Counted from the first letter of the stretch, positions 27,121 through 37,135 are shown. The stretch: 64,000 nucleotides of DNA from Dehalococcoidia bacterium (GCA_963667765.2 CAXXON010000001.1:1151722-1215721), one strand, 5' to 3'. Numbers and translations are program-made. Notes: generated from the letters alone by a model not told the origin.

Positions 27121-27441
27121 CTATGCTCCAGGCGGGCGATAGGTAACCGTCTTGCCGCAGGCGTCGTCAATCTCCTCGGCAGTGATTAGCTGAACGGTGC
27201 TGATGTTCAGCGCTCCGCCCGCCCCGATGGACAGAGAGATTGCGGCGGCGGTCGCCACATCCGGCAGGTCGAAGGTCAGGTACAGGTCCGCTCCTCCGAA
27301 GGCGTAGTAGAAGGACTCCAGGGTTCCTCCCTGCTCTTGGGCCATTTCCTCGAAAACCCGGCGGCGCGAGGTGCCGCCTTCTTGCAACAAACCTTGGAAA
27401 CCCTGGCTGGTGTAGTTGGCTTGAAAGAGATACTTGGGCAT
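27121..27441 (-). CDS. GYD-domain protein
   Basis: MPKYLFQANYTSQGFQGLLQEGGTSRR...FYYAFGGADLYLTFDLPD matches the GYD family signature (the G-Y/A-D motif appears here as GGADLY). Confidence 0.7.
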   Translation of the reverse strand: MPKYLFQANYTSQGFQGLLQEGGTSRRRVFEEMAQEQGGTLESFYYAFGGADLYLTFDLPDVATAAAISLSIGAGGALNISTVQLITAEEIDDACGKTVTYRPPGA

Positions 27442-27674
27442 CTCCGCAACTCCTGAATTCTATTTCTGTGTTTTCGGCTTATGTCGGAAGCTCATCATCC
27501 CGAAGCGCCGGGATATCAGCGCCTCTCCGGCGGGAAACGCGCCCGTCCCGGTCGGAGGCGCGCTCGACACCTTGGACGGCGCGCAGAAAGAGCGACTCAA
27601 TGGCCGTCCGTCCGGTTCGACGGAGGGAAGGGACACAAGGCCGGAACCGGTTCAGCAATCCTTCTCCGGACAGT

Positions 27675-28073
27675 TCAAGCCGCGCCGTCCAGCGAATCCG
27701 CCATTGCCGACCGCAGAAGGTCAAAGTCAACGGGCTTCACCACAAACCCGGACGAACCGCGCTCGCGGGCGGCGGACATCCGGCCCGAGTCGCCATAGGC
27801 GGAAACTACCAGCGACGGCACGTTCGGCCACGCCTCAGTCAGGCAATCCAGCAGCGTCAATCCGTCCATTTCCGGCATGTTCAGGTCCGTGATCACCAGG
27901 CATACGTCCGGGTGATCCGCCAGCACCTCCAGGGCGTGTATGCCGGAACGCGCAAAGACAAACTCGTAGCGGCCACTCCGTATGTCCCGCCGCATCCGCT
28001 GGCGAAACATCACCTCGACGTCGGGCTCATCGTCAACCACCAAGACCTTCAGGGCATCTCGGAACTCGTCCAT
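27675..28073 (-). CDS. stand-alone response-regulator receiver domain protein
   Basis: MDEFRDALKVLVVDDEPDV...LVITDLNMPEMDG...VVSAYGD...GFVVKP contains the canonical DD, D and K receiver residues. ATG 28073 chosen within ORF 27675..28184. Confidence 0.8.
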   Translation of the reverse strand: MDEFRDALKVLVVDDEPDVEVMFRQRMRRDIRSGRYEFVFARSGIHALEVLADHPDVCLVITDLNMPEMDGLTLLDCLTEAWPNVPSLVVSAYGDSGRMSAARERGSSGFVVKPVDFDLLRSAMADSLDGAA

Positions 28074-28412
28074 GCTGCCTCCTGTTGCTGGCAGTATAGC
28101 GCGGCGAGTTTCACCTGCCAAACCTCCCTTGACGGCGAACCGAATGGGGGGTGGCAACGTCGCAGAGGTCAGCCCTTTCCCCATCGAGGTCCTGCCCTGA
28201 TGTGTCAGACTGCAATCCTCTCCGGCGGTTTCCCGCAGTGGGCGCCCTGAAAGGAGAAATGAAAGGGATTGCAGAATACAATCCAGTGGGATTTCCTACG
28301 GGGAAAGGGGCATTGGGGGCGGCATTCCAGTGATTACGGGGCGATCAAATTACTGCGGGTCTATAATCACTTTATTGCAGAAATTGCAGTGCGGAGATTG
28401 CAGTTCTGACCC

Positions 28413-28913
28413 ATGGTGAGGACCGTGAACGACCGCGACGAACACGCTTTCGAGGTTGACCATGACCCCGGGGAGGAGCCTGACACGCCCCTATCGGACG
28501 ACGCCCTTCTGGACCTGCTGAACGTCTTGGTGGCGGAACGGGGCCGGGTGTCTGCCGCCCGGGTCCTGACGCTGAACTACCCCACCCTTGCGCTTTGCTG
28601 CGACTCCCGGGAGGTGTCCCGGCGGATGCGGCAGGCGCTGGTGGACTTCCGGGATGCGGGCGCCGCCGACGAGGGCGGGGACGTTGCGCCGGAGGTGGGT
28701 GACGGTAATGCTGGGGAGCTAGACGGCGACGCCCTGGAGCGACGGGTGGCTAGGCTGGATACGGAGAACGCCCGGTTTCGGGAATTTGTGGACAGCCAGG
28801 CGCGCCGGTTGGAGGAGTTGGAGCGGCGCGTGGCCGCGATGGAGGGAGATGCGCAGCAGCGCCGCGGCGTTGGACGCTGGCCGGCACGGCGCTGGCGATG
28901 GGCACGTGGATGA
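28413..28913 (+). CDS. hypothetical acidic/coiled-coil protein; possibly continues by frameshift into 28786..29328
   Basis: Two overlapping same-strand ORFs in different frames (28413-28913 and 28786-29328), both with coding-like composition. The upstream region carries a TATAAT and repeated ATTGCAG motifs. Confidence 0.35.
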   Translation: MVRTVNDRDEHAFEVDHDPGEEPDTPLSDDALLDLLNVLVAERGRVSAARVLTLNYPTLALCCDSREVSRRMRQALVDFRDAGAADEGGDVAPEVGDGNAGELDGDALERRVARLDTENARFREFVDSQARRLEELERRVAAMEGDAQQRRGVGRWPARRWRWARG

Positions 28914-29623
28914 TCAGGGCCAAGACCCGAACAGGGACTGGCGGCCTCCCCGGCGCGGGCCCGGTTTGCCCGACGCCGGCGTCGTTACGCTGGATGAACA
29001 GCCAGACGAGGAACACGCATTGGGACCGGCGGCGCCCCAGGTGGCCGAGTGGAGGAAACTGCGAACTGGCGGTGATCAGGTGGGCAGCCGTGTCGACCGG
29101 GCCGCTGCTAGGGTACGCCGTTGGGACCTGGAGACGGAGATGTTGCGGGACTTCCAATTGACGCTGCCGCCTGAGACGGACCCGCTGGACGAGTCGCGGC
29201 GTAAGGACCACGTACGCTGGCGGCGGGAGGCGTTGTCGGAGGCGCAGAGGGAATTGGGCAGGGCCAAACGGACGCGGGTGCTCAGGCGGTTGCTGACGCT
29301 CGGCTTGTCGCGAACGTCATTTGTATGATCATCCTTAGCGTTTTCTGCCTGAACGCGGATGAGCTTGCGAATGCGGTCCACTCTCCAGATATGACTCGTG
29401 GGGAAAGTGTGAATACCCTGCGTGCGACGACACGCCGGACGGAGCGGAATGGCTGAGGTGGTAGATGCGGCTGGACGACAGTGCTTTCCCCGAACTGCTG
29501 GCTGGCTGCGGACAGCGACACAGGACCGGCCGCCCTGCGGACAATATCGTGATTGTATGCACTATTTTGACTTTTGACAGCGGAGGCTGGGACACTGGCC
29601 GCAACTCCACAAGGAGGTGCGAG

Positions 29624-29830
29624 ATGAACTACCTGGTCTTGGAGGAAAGGCCCCAGGGGAGCGCAGTGGTGCACCGGGTGGGATGCAGCAAGGCGAGGGA
29701 CCAAGAGCGGCGGGCCCCCAGAGGAGGAATGTGGCACGGCCCCTTCCCCACGGAGGTGGCCGCCCTGGCGGCGGCGAAGAGGAAGAGGCCCCGTGTGGTC
29801 CGCTCCTGCCATTGCTGCCTGGCACGGTGA
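29624..29830 (+). CDS. small Cys-containing protein, VHRxxC...WHGP...CxxC family (68 aa)
   Basis: AGGAGG RBS. MNYLVLEERPQGSAVVHRVGCSKARDQERRAPRGGMWHGPFPTEVAALAAAKRKRPRVVRSCHCCLAR. Paralogs lie at 36317-36517 and 36530-36745, with a fragment at 35377-35466. Confidence 0.5.
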   Translation: MNYLVLEERPQGSAVVHRVGCSKARDQERRAPRGGMWHGPFPTEVAALAAAKRKRPRVVRSCHCCLAR

Positions 29831-29881
29831 TGCTGCACGCTGCGGCTAGAGAGCAGTCCTGATCTCATCCGGGAGACGGCG

Positions 29882-30262
29882 ATGGCGATATTCGTGGCAA
29901 TGCTCATCCTGGTACTGCTGTTCACAGCGGGGCTGACGCTATGGCTCCGGCTCAGAAAGTGGCGACCCGTCGGGGCTCTGCTGCTGCTGCTGCCTATGGC
30001 AATCTGCGGCAATGTGGCGTTCAGCATGGCCACGTCCTCCAGCACCACCGAGGCCGTCGCCTTGGTTAACCCGGACTCGACCGACTCCCGGGGAGAGTCC
30101 GTGGTGGCGATGGAGACCCGGACGGAAGTGGAAACGCAGGGCGTGGTCATTGTCGCCTGCTTGGGGGTACTGTTTATTTCGGGGCTGCTTGTATGGGGCA
30201 CGATGTTCCTGGCGTGCCTGCTGCGGCGAGGCGGACCGCAGACCCCGCAGGTTCAAGTGTAG
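29882..30262 (+). CDS. membrane protein (3-4 TM), unknown function
   Basis: Hydrophobic segments MAIFVAMLILVLLFTAGLTLWL, VGALLLLLPMAICGNVAF and VVIVACLGVLFISGLLVWGTMFLACLL. Confidence 0.45.
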   Translation: MAIFVAMLILVLLFTAGLTLWLRLRKWRPVGALLLLLPMAICGNVAFSMATSSSTTEAVALVNPDSTDSRGESVVAMETRTEVETQGVVIVACLGVLFISGLLVWGTMFLACLLRRGGPQTPQVQV

Positions 30263-30615
30263 GTAGAAGCGTTTGATAACCAGTGCGGCGACGACGGTCC
30301 TGCGGGATTCCGCGAATGGTTTGATCCTGGGAGTCTTCCTGTTCCTTATGGCCGTCTACCACCTGTCGCTGTGCTACGTGATCGCCGCACTCCTGAACAG
30401 GGACTTCTGGGCAGGGCTCTTGCCTTCGAGGCTGGGTACTCACTGCTCATGCTGCAGTCTCTTGACAGGGGCTGCGTGACGGGGCGTCAAACGGCCCCGG
30501 CGTGGGGAAACGCCCCAAAATCGTCGGCGATATGCCGGTGCGTTACGTCCGGCGCCGGCGGAATGCTATGCGTTTTTGTGTTGGTGCTGGCGACACTGCC
30601 GTTTTCACGAATTGC

Positions 30616-30852
30616 TCATCCGCCATCCCCATGATCCGTTGGCGACGCTGATGGGTTCCCCAATACCTCCCGTCTCAGGTGGGCGCGGGCGATGATCCGG
30701 GCCAGGATGCGCAGTCCCGCCTGAATCTGCTCCCGCTCATGGGCAGTGCGCTGCGGGGATGTTCCACTTGGCGTCTTCCTGCCGGCGGGCCCGGATTTCC
30801 GGTTGCTCCCGGAAGGACGCGGCTTTCCGTTTGCTCTTGTCTTGTCTCGCAT
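30616..30852 (-). CDS. small basic protein with GLRILARIIARAHLR helix
   Basis: MRDKTRANGKPRPSGSNRKSGPAGRK...HEREQIQAGLRILARIIARAHLRRE. Paralog of 24218-24430. Confidence 0.5.
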   Translation of the reverse strand: MRDKTRANGKPRPSGSNRKSGPAGRKTPSGTSPQRTAHEREQIQAGLRILARIIARAHLRREVLGNPSASPTDHGDGG

Positions 30853-31144
30853 AGCCTCTCGTTGGGGGACTGTGATTGGGCTTCAGTGTCGAGCTGGGTT
30901 ACCGGATTCAGGATCATGTCATTCACCTCGGTTCCGTATGGGTGGGATTGGGCCACCGGCATCGTCTCCAGCTCCGCTATTGAGTGTGCGTCACCGGGAC
31001 GCCGGAAAGAACCTCTCACAGGGGGCCGCACGGGTGCGGGTACTTACACGCCCTATCAATTCCGTCTCTCTTTCGTTCCTACAGCAGGGTCTTGGCGGGA
31101 TGGAATACCGATTCCCTGCGGTTGTCTGGGGCACTGTGGTGTTC

Positions 31145-31500
31145 AGCGACCAGTCTGCGGACCGGGAAAACCCAGCGTTATCCCTCGAAAGGGATTTCAT
31201 TGATGTAGTGGGCCTCGCGCTCCCTGATGCCTCGGTCCCTTCTCCAGGGCGATGCTGGGAAAGTGCGTTGCGAGGTCAGGGGGATGTACAGGAAAGTGGT
31301 TAGGACGCAAGTTTGCAGATGCGGGCAGTTTCAAAGCTGAATCGCGGGTAAATCGCTCCCTAACGGACCGAAACAGCGAACATTTTCTGTCAAGGGCCGG
31401 TTGCGGCGAGCGAGCAAGGCCCACATTGGAAAACGACAAGTTTGCGGTCGTCGGAGCTGCCCCGGCTGGCAGGCCCCCAGCCGAAAACGACAAGTTTGCA
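31145..31500. repeat. conserved non-coding module, copy 2 (partner at 24505-24790), with 17-nt direct repeats
   Basis: It carries the same ordered blocks as copy 1, with a hairpin ATCCCTCGAAAGGGAT at 31180-31195. GAAAACGACAAGTTTGC occurs twice (31429-31445 and 31483-31499). Confidence 0.6.
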
Positions 31501-32466
31501 GGGGGTTGAGGATCGTACAACGGATCTACAGGGCCTGGGCCGCAGACAGCGGCGAACGGCCGGACCTGCGGCCGATGACCCTGCCCCCGGAGACGGCGCC
31601 GCCGTGGGACTGGACCGCAACGGGCGGTTGTACTGGCGGTTGGGGGAACTGGCCAAACTCCGGCGTAGGCGCGCCAGTCTGGAAATGCTGCTCCTGGCTG
31701 GCGGTGGGTCATCCCGGGGGCTGTGGCGGCGGTAGCGGCCTGAGGTGAGGATAACGACGACGCCTTGCCGGTGGCATTGGCTATGGTCAACGTCGTCGCG
31801 GGCCCGTGCTTAGACTTCAGCGAACAGTTTCAGCCGTATGACGCCAAACCCCTTGCGTCAGTGCTGCCGGTGCCGGATACTGGATAGTGTGTTCGGGCTT
31901 TTGCCAGTGATTCCTGCCGAGAAAACTGGAGGGTCCCGTCCCAGGACCCGGGATTGGCCGCATAGGATTGAGCCTAGCTCTCCGAACGGCCGCCCATGCC
32001 GGACCGGCCCAGAGGGATTGAGCATTGCGCTCTCCCGATGGGTGTTCGCGAGGGACATTAACCCGGGCGCGCGGTGCGTCTCACATCGTTTCCCTACTCA
32101 AGTTGGATTCCCTGCCGAACGGACTGAATTTTAAGGAGGTGGCAGCCGGAAACAGCACGGCGTCCATTTCCCTATCGGTTTACCAGGCGTAGCAGATGAC
32201 CTGCTTCGCCCCTTTCTCACGCTCCGGTTGGGGTGATCACCAACTCTGACCGTCCCCTCACGACCGCGGCCTGGATGCTGACCCTCAGCACTCGGACCGT
32301 TGGTATTACGTGCTCCGGGTGTTTGCCAACGACAGGCCGGACGCTCACGATTGCGACGCAGTTCCCAACGGTGAGCTGGCTGGCAGAGTGGCGGCTGGCA
32401 TGACTGTGTTCCTCCCCCATACCCGCTCACGCATTTCCCCGAACGCCAGTTACCCGGCAGGCTTGA

Positions 32467-32720
32467 CCCTGGGCAAACTGCGCCTTTCGCCAGTCCCCAA
32501 CATTAGCGCTCTACGTTGCACCGACATCCCCTGGGCGGAGTGCGTCCGGCACCGGGCGGTCGGACCGAAATTGAGCGGCTGACCTCCACCCTGGGTGAGT
32601 TGCGTCCTGCGTCAACGCCTCAACCGCCGTTTCCTGTGGCATTGCCCGGCCCTTGGCGTAGTGCGCGTTCCGCAGAGACTGGCTTGATCCGCTGACCACC
32701 ACCCTGGGCGCAGTGCGTCT
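32467..32720. repeat. five iteron-like repeats, consensus CCCTGGGCNNAGTGCGTC, about 60-bp period
   Basis: Copies start at 32467, 32529, 32589, 32650 and 32702, giving spacings of 62, 60, 61 and 52 bp. They sit in a ~1.3 kb stretch without a convincing ORF, upstream of the triple-HTH gene. Confidence 0.55.
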
Positions 32721-33325
32721 TGCGCCGGATGGCGTGAGCCGGCGTCCGTTGCGGCGTCAGGAGCCAAGAACATCTCCTGGCTGTCGCTTGCCGACGTCCC
32801 CAGGATGGTTCGGGCGCGCAACGGCGTCGTCTACAGAGTGGCGCAGCGGGTGCCAGGAATCGGGGTCAAGCGACAGGCACAGCTTGTCGTGCAAATTACC
32901 AGCGCAGCAGCCGCCGTCGACAACCAGGTCAGCAACTGGCAAAACGTCAGCGACAGCGGCGACAACTACAATTAGATTCACGTCAAGGAGGTAATCGACA
33001 GCAAGAACAAAGATCATCATGAGTTCCCCGACATCAAGGGCCGGTTGCAGCAACCGGTGAACCGGCAGTGACCCTTGGCCCGCCGCCCGAAACGCGGCGG
33101 GGCCAACCGGGGCGGCTTAATGGGCCGCCAATGACAATCGAATAGGCGCCAACGAGCGGGGTCGTCTCTCCCAAACGGGGGGAGGCGGCCCCGCTCTTCG
33201 TGTTTCGCGCTTGGCGGACACCACAGCGGCTGAATGGACCGCACCCAACGACCTGCATTTTTAACCGGAAAGCGGGGTCGGTCCATTCGGGCCGGCCTCG
33301 CTTTCTACCTTTCGGAGGAAGTGAC

Positions 33326-34303
33326 ATGAAGGCTACTACCAGCATCGACAAGACGGAGATCACCCACATCCAAAAGGCCACACTCAACGCCTACAGCGAT
33401 ATTGACACCCTACAGGACACCAAGACGCACGCCCAGGCGGGGCAAGAGACGGCGCACCGGGGCAAGCCCGAGAGCGAACTGCGGGCGGCGGCCCGGCGCA
33501 AGGGCCTCACTCTCAAGGAACTAGCCCACCTGATGGGCGTCAACTACAGCTACCTCTCGCAGGTCAGCAGCGGCCGCAGGCCCTGGACCCCCATGCTGCG
33601 GGAAAGAGCAATGGCAGTGCTGGGCGAGGTCCCGGGCACTGGCGTCGTCTACCGCCAGGGTGGCGTGATTCAGGGCGGTGAAAGCAGCTACATCCGGGAG
33701 CGGGCCCGGGAGAAGGGCCTGAGCATGGGGGAATTGGCGGACTTGGTCGGACTGTCTCGCGGCTACTTAACTCAGGCATCCAGGGGCGAGAGGTGTCTGA
33801 GTCCGTCGGCCCAGGCGAGGGTGGAGGATGTCCTGGAGGCCCCGGTCAAGGTGGAACCGGCCCAGCTACCCACCGTGGACCCGCAAGCCCTGTGGGAGCG
33901 AATGGATGCTCACGGCTGGAGCCAGAACGAGGTGGCCCGGCGGGCGGGCATCAGTGTCTCCTATCTCTCCCAGATCATGAACGGCCAGCGCACACCGTCG
34001 GGACCCGTGCTGCGGCGCCTGCACGAGGTGCTGTATGCGCCGTCGGCGGCAGAACTGGTGGCGCCGGTGGAGCTCAAGGTAATGGCCTGGAAAAAGGGCG
34101 AGAAGAGCGGCGTGGTGGTCAAGGGCGCCGGTGGACCGGGCGGGGACAGCATCCGCTCCGGCGGCAAAGTACCCTGGGGGGCCGAGGTCGTGTTCGCCTA
34201 CACCAGCGGCTATGACAACCGCGGCCGGGTCTCGGTCAATCACATCGTCGACGAGCGGGGCTATTCGGTGATGTTGAAAAGGCGGGAGCCGGAGGGCGTT
34301 TAG
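33326..34303 (+). CDS. protein with three tandem XRE-type HTH domains
   Basis: Three repeats: LKELAHLMGVNYSYLSQVSSGRRPWTP, MGELADLVGLSRGYLTQASRGERCLSP and QNEVARRAGISVSYLSQIMNGQRTPSG. ATG 33326 follows GGAGGAAGTGAC. Confidence 0.7.
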   Translation: MKATTSIDKTEITHIQKATLNAYSDIDTLQDTKTHAQAGQETAHRGKPESELRAAARRKGLTLKELAHLMGVNYSYLSQVSSGRRPWTPMLRERAMAVLGEVPGTGVVYRQGGVIQGGESSYIRERAREKGLSMGELADLVGLSRGYLTQASRGERCLSPSAQARVEDVLEAPVKVEPAQLPTVDPQALWERMDAHGWSQNEVARRAGISVSYLSQIMNGQRTPSGPVLRRLHEVLYAPSAAELVAPVELKVMAWKKGEKSGVVVKGAGGPGGDSIRSGGKVPWGAEVVFAYTSGYDNRGRVSVNHIVDERGYSVMLKRREPEGV

Positions 34304-34557
34304 CTCACGGGACGCCAAGCCTGCTGACTGTTCAGATGGAACCGTGCGGCAGCCGCCATATAGGGACAAGCGAGCCGGGAGTCGTTACCCTCTCGGCTTT
34401 CGACTCGTTCCTGTTCTGAAGTCCAGTGATTTCGCCCACCGATGACGACCGGTGTCCTATAATCCATTGCCAAGACGTGGTGGCGCTGCAACGCCGCCGG
34501 GATGGACGCTGACCAAGGCAGCCGCCAGCCTTCAACTCGCATCAGGAAACTGGGAAC

Positions 34558-35367
34558 ATGCTCAAGGACAATAACAGAGAAGCAATCTACGACGCCGTAG
34601 CCGGGATCGGAACCATCTCCGCACTGGAAGACCTGGACGTCAGCAGCGGAAAGCTGGGCGTGGTGCTCCGGCTGCTGAACGCCGCCGGCTGGGACGTCTT
34701 CGACGTTTCCCAGGTTGTACCGGACTACCCGACCGGCAATGGCCGGGCCGATTTCACCCTCATGTCAGCCTCCACCCGGGGAGTGGGCAGTCCGGTCACT
34801 CCCCGGGGGCTCGTGGAGGTAAGGCCCTTCAGCGAGGATCTCGACGGCGGCAGGTGTGAGCGCCGGTTGGTGGCCCAGTGTTCCAGGGTGGGCGCGCCGC
34901 TGGCGGCAATCACCAACGGACGGCGGTGGCTGCTGCTGTTCCAGGCCCCCGACCTCCAGGGGGCCAGCCATCGGTTTTGCCAGGTGGACCTTGCCGGAGA
35001 CTCCGTAGCGGCAGCAGAGGGACTGAACAGGTACCTCTCTCGGGACAGGGTCTCCAGCGGCCGGGCGGCACGGTCGGTGGAAAGGACGCTCCGGGACCAG
35101 AGCAGGGAGACGGTTACCCGCCAAACCATCCTCGACGGCTGGCGGCAGGTGGTGCTGGGCCTCCAGGATGGGCTGCTGGACCTCGTGGCTACCGCCGCCG
35201 AGCAGAGAACCGGCTACCGGCCCGAAATACGGCAGGTCAGGCGGGTGCTAACAGACAGAAGGGCTGAACTGTTGCCCCTGGCTAAGGGCCAAATGTCCCG
35301 CGTCAACCATAATTGCCGGTTCACCTCCTCTGCGTGGCCCGGTTGCTGGGCTGCATCCGTCCGGTAG
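34558..35367 (+). CDS. hypothetical protein, possible HsdR_N / PD-(D/E)xK-like N-terminal domain
   Basis: VPDYPTGNGRADFTLMS...GLVEVRPF resembles the 'gRaDy.l ... vE.K' core of restriction-endonuclease-fold N-terminal domains. Weak evidence. Confidence 0.3.
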   Translation: MLKDNNREAIYDAVAGIGTISALEDLDVSSGKLGVVLRLLNAAGWDVFDVSQVVPDYPTGNGRADFTLMSASTRGVGSPVTPRGLVEVRPFSEDLDGGRCERRLVAQCSRVGAPLAAITNGRRWLLLFQAPDLQGASHRFCQVDLAGDSVAAAEGLNRYLSRDRVSSGRAARSVERTLRDQSRETVTRQTILDGWRQVVLGLQDGLLDLVATAAEQRTGYRPEIRQVRRVLTDRRAELLPLAKGQMSRVNHNCRFTSSAWPGCWAASVR

Positions 35368-35376
35368 CTGGGGACG

Positions 35377-35466
35377 TCAAACTCGAGGATGAATGACCCA
35401 ATCGCAGTCCTCCCGGTGGACAATGGCCACCTCGTGCGCCGTGTCATCGTCGATATAGAATCCCAT
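35377..35466 (-). pseudogene. truncated copy (29 codons) of the small VHRxxC protein family
   Basis: Own translation after an AGGAGG RBS: MGFYIDDDTAHEVAIVHREDCDWVIHPRV*. Compare MEFYVDEDTAHDVAIVHRETCGWVQDREG... at 36317-36517. Confidence 0.45.
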
Positions 35467-36316
35467 CGCTTTGCCTCCTGATTTTCAATCAATCAATGAA
35501 TAGCAATCTGTGCTACGGTAACGGATAATCGTCGGATATCGAAGGAGCAAGTAGAATGAGGTTACCACCCAAACAGTGGCTGCAGTAGCCTTGGCTATCG
35601 CGAGGGCCGTCCTTATCGCTGTGGGCGCTTACTACTTCTCCCAGGACCTGCAGGCCTCGGAAACTCAAACCACCACAGACGTCAAAGCCTTATTCGATCA
35701 GAACCCTGAGCTAGAAGAAATTATGTGGTTCAACAACGAGCCTAAAGGTTGGCTGGTCTACGTCCGAACACTCGAGCCCAAAAGCCTGCTCTAAATGGAG
35801 CCTGGTCAGCCATACCTCATTGTGGTCAATGCAACCCTGACTATGAACGGCCTGTCGTTAAGCTGCAGAACCAAGGAGGGGACCGGGCGTGTGTGTTTTA
35901 ATCTAGTTACCTCGCCAGGAACGTAACTGCATGTACCCTGGTCAGCGACCGCCAAAGTGCCGATACACATATACTTGGACGAATACAGTCTGCAATGAGA
36001 ACACATTGCAGGGGAGTGAGTTTTGTCATGTTCATAAAGATCAAGAACCGACGAACCATACTCAGGAAAATGTCCTCGGGTGGGTTCGCATTGGTTCCGC
36101 GATTCTAATTGCGTTCCTCGTGATCATTGCTTTTACTGGTATTTGCGAAAGCCAGGATTCCCGGTGCATCGATACCTATTTCTACTCCAAGGACAATTCT
36201 TTGCCTTTATCTGAGTGGCAGAAGGCCAGTCGGTATTTGCAAGACAACTGCACACTCGACCAGTTTGGCTTCCCTTCAGGAAAGTAATTTGCCGTCCTAC
36301 ACATAGCAGTTAGAAT

Positions 36317-36517
36317 TTAAGGCTTACAGGCCAGGCAGACCCGGGTCACGGGCATGCCCGTATTTCCCGCCGCAACCAGCGCCAGGTCTGCCGTAAGGTA
36401 CGGCCCCCACCATCGCCCCTCTTTGATGCGTCCCTCCCGGTCCTGCACCCAACCGCAGGTCTCCCGGTGAACGATGGCAACATCGTGCGCCGTATCCTCA
36501 TCGACGTAGAACTCCAT
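36317..36517 (-). CDS. small Cys-containing protein, VHRxxC...WWGP...CxxC family (66 aa)
   Basis: MEFYVDEDTAHDVAIVHRETCGWVQDREGRIKEGRWWGPYLTADLALVAAGNTGMPVTRVCLACKP. Confidence 0.5.
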   Translation of the reverse strand: MEFYVDEDTAHDVAIVHRETCGWVQDREGRIKEGRWWGPYLTADLALVAAGNTGMPVTRVCLACKP

Positions 36518-36529
36518 GGTCCTCCTGTC

Positions 36530-36745
36530 TCACGGTCGGCAGATCTCGCAGTTTCGGATTAATTCAAAACTCAACTGCCCCGCCAAGGTCAACGCCTGGG
36601 CCGCGTCGGTGAGCGGACCGTGCCATATATCACCCTCCGGCACTATCAACCACTTCTCGGTGTAAACGCAGTCCTCCCTATGGATGACGACGGCATTCTC
36701 GCTCCAACCCTCCGCTATCCGAAAATCCATATTCGCCTGGCTCAC
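36530..36745 (-). CDS. small Cys-containing protein, same family (71 aa)
   Basis: ...AVVIHREDCVYTEKWLIVPEGDIWHGPLTDAAQALTLAGQLSFELIRNCEICRP. Lies in tandem with 36317-36517. Confidence 0.5.
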   Translation of the reverse strand: MSQANMDFRIAEGWSENAVVIHREDCVYTEKWLIVPEGDIWHGPLTDAAQALTLAGQLSFELIRNCEICRP

Positions 36746-37032
36746 TTAGAACGTACCTTCCAGACCCAGTATCCATTACGAATGACGACTAGCGCATTTC
36801 CTGTCGGGTAAATGCGGGCTGCGAGCATATACATGAAGCCTGCCTCAAGAAAGGCGCCCAACAACACTATGGCACCCGCGATAAAAGGCACACAAATTCC
36901 TATCGAGACACCCCGGCCGGCGATCTCGCCCTTGTTCTCTAACCCGAGGATCGTGGCTAAGACGAGTTCTACGAGGAATGCCAAAATAGTCGTTATGAGT
37001 ACGCCCACAACCATTAGTGAGGTGGACCCCAC
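36742..37032 (-). CDS. small membrane protein (3 TM)
   Basis: Hydrophobic segments LMVVGVLITTILAFLVELVLATILG, GVSIGICVPFIAGAIVLLGAFL and FMYMLAARIY. There is a 4-nt overlap with the downstream gene. Confidence 0.4.
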   Translation of the reverse strand: MGSTSLMVVGVLITTILAFLVELVLATILGLENKGEIAGRGVSIGICVPFIAGAIVLLGAFLEAGFMYMLAARIYPTGNALVVIRNGYWVWKVRSK

Positions 37033-37045
37033 GGGTCGGATAGGA

Positions 37046-37135
37046 TCAGGCTAACACGTACTGGTCGTGCCAGTCCATGATTACGACCAGGTAGACGAAT
37101 CGCCGGGCCGTGGGTATGTGTGATGTCGTTGGCTC
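37046..37135 (-). pseudogene. fragment of an rve-type (IS3/IS481-like) integrase core
   Basis: Own translation EPTTSHIPTARRFVYLVVIMDWHDQYVLA*. This is the 'TDITyIpt..g..YL..vmD..Sr.vl.w' block around the first catalytic Asp. Confidence 0.5.
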
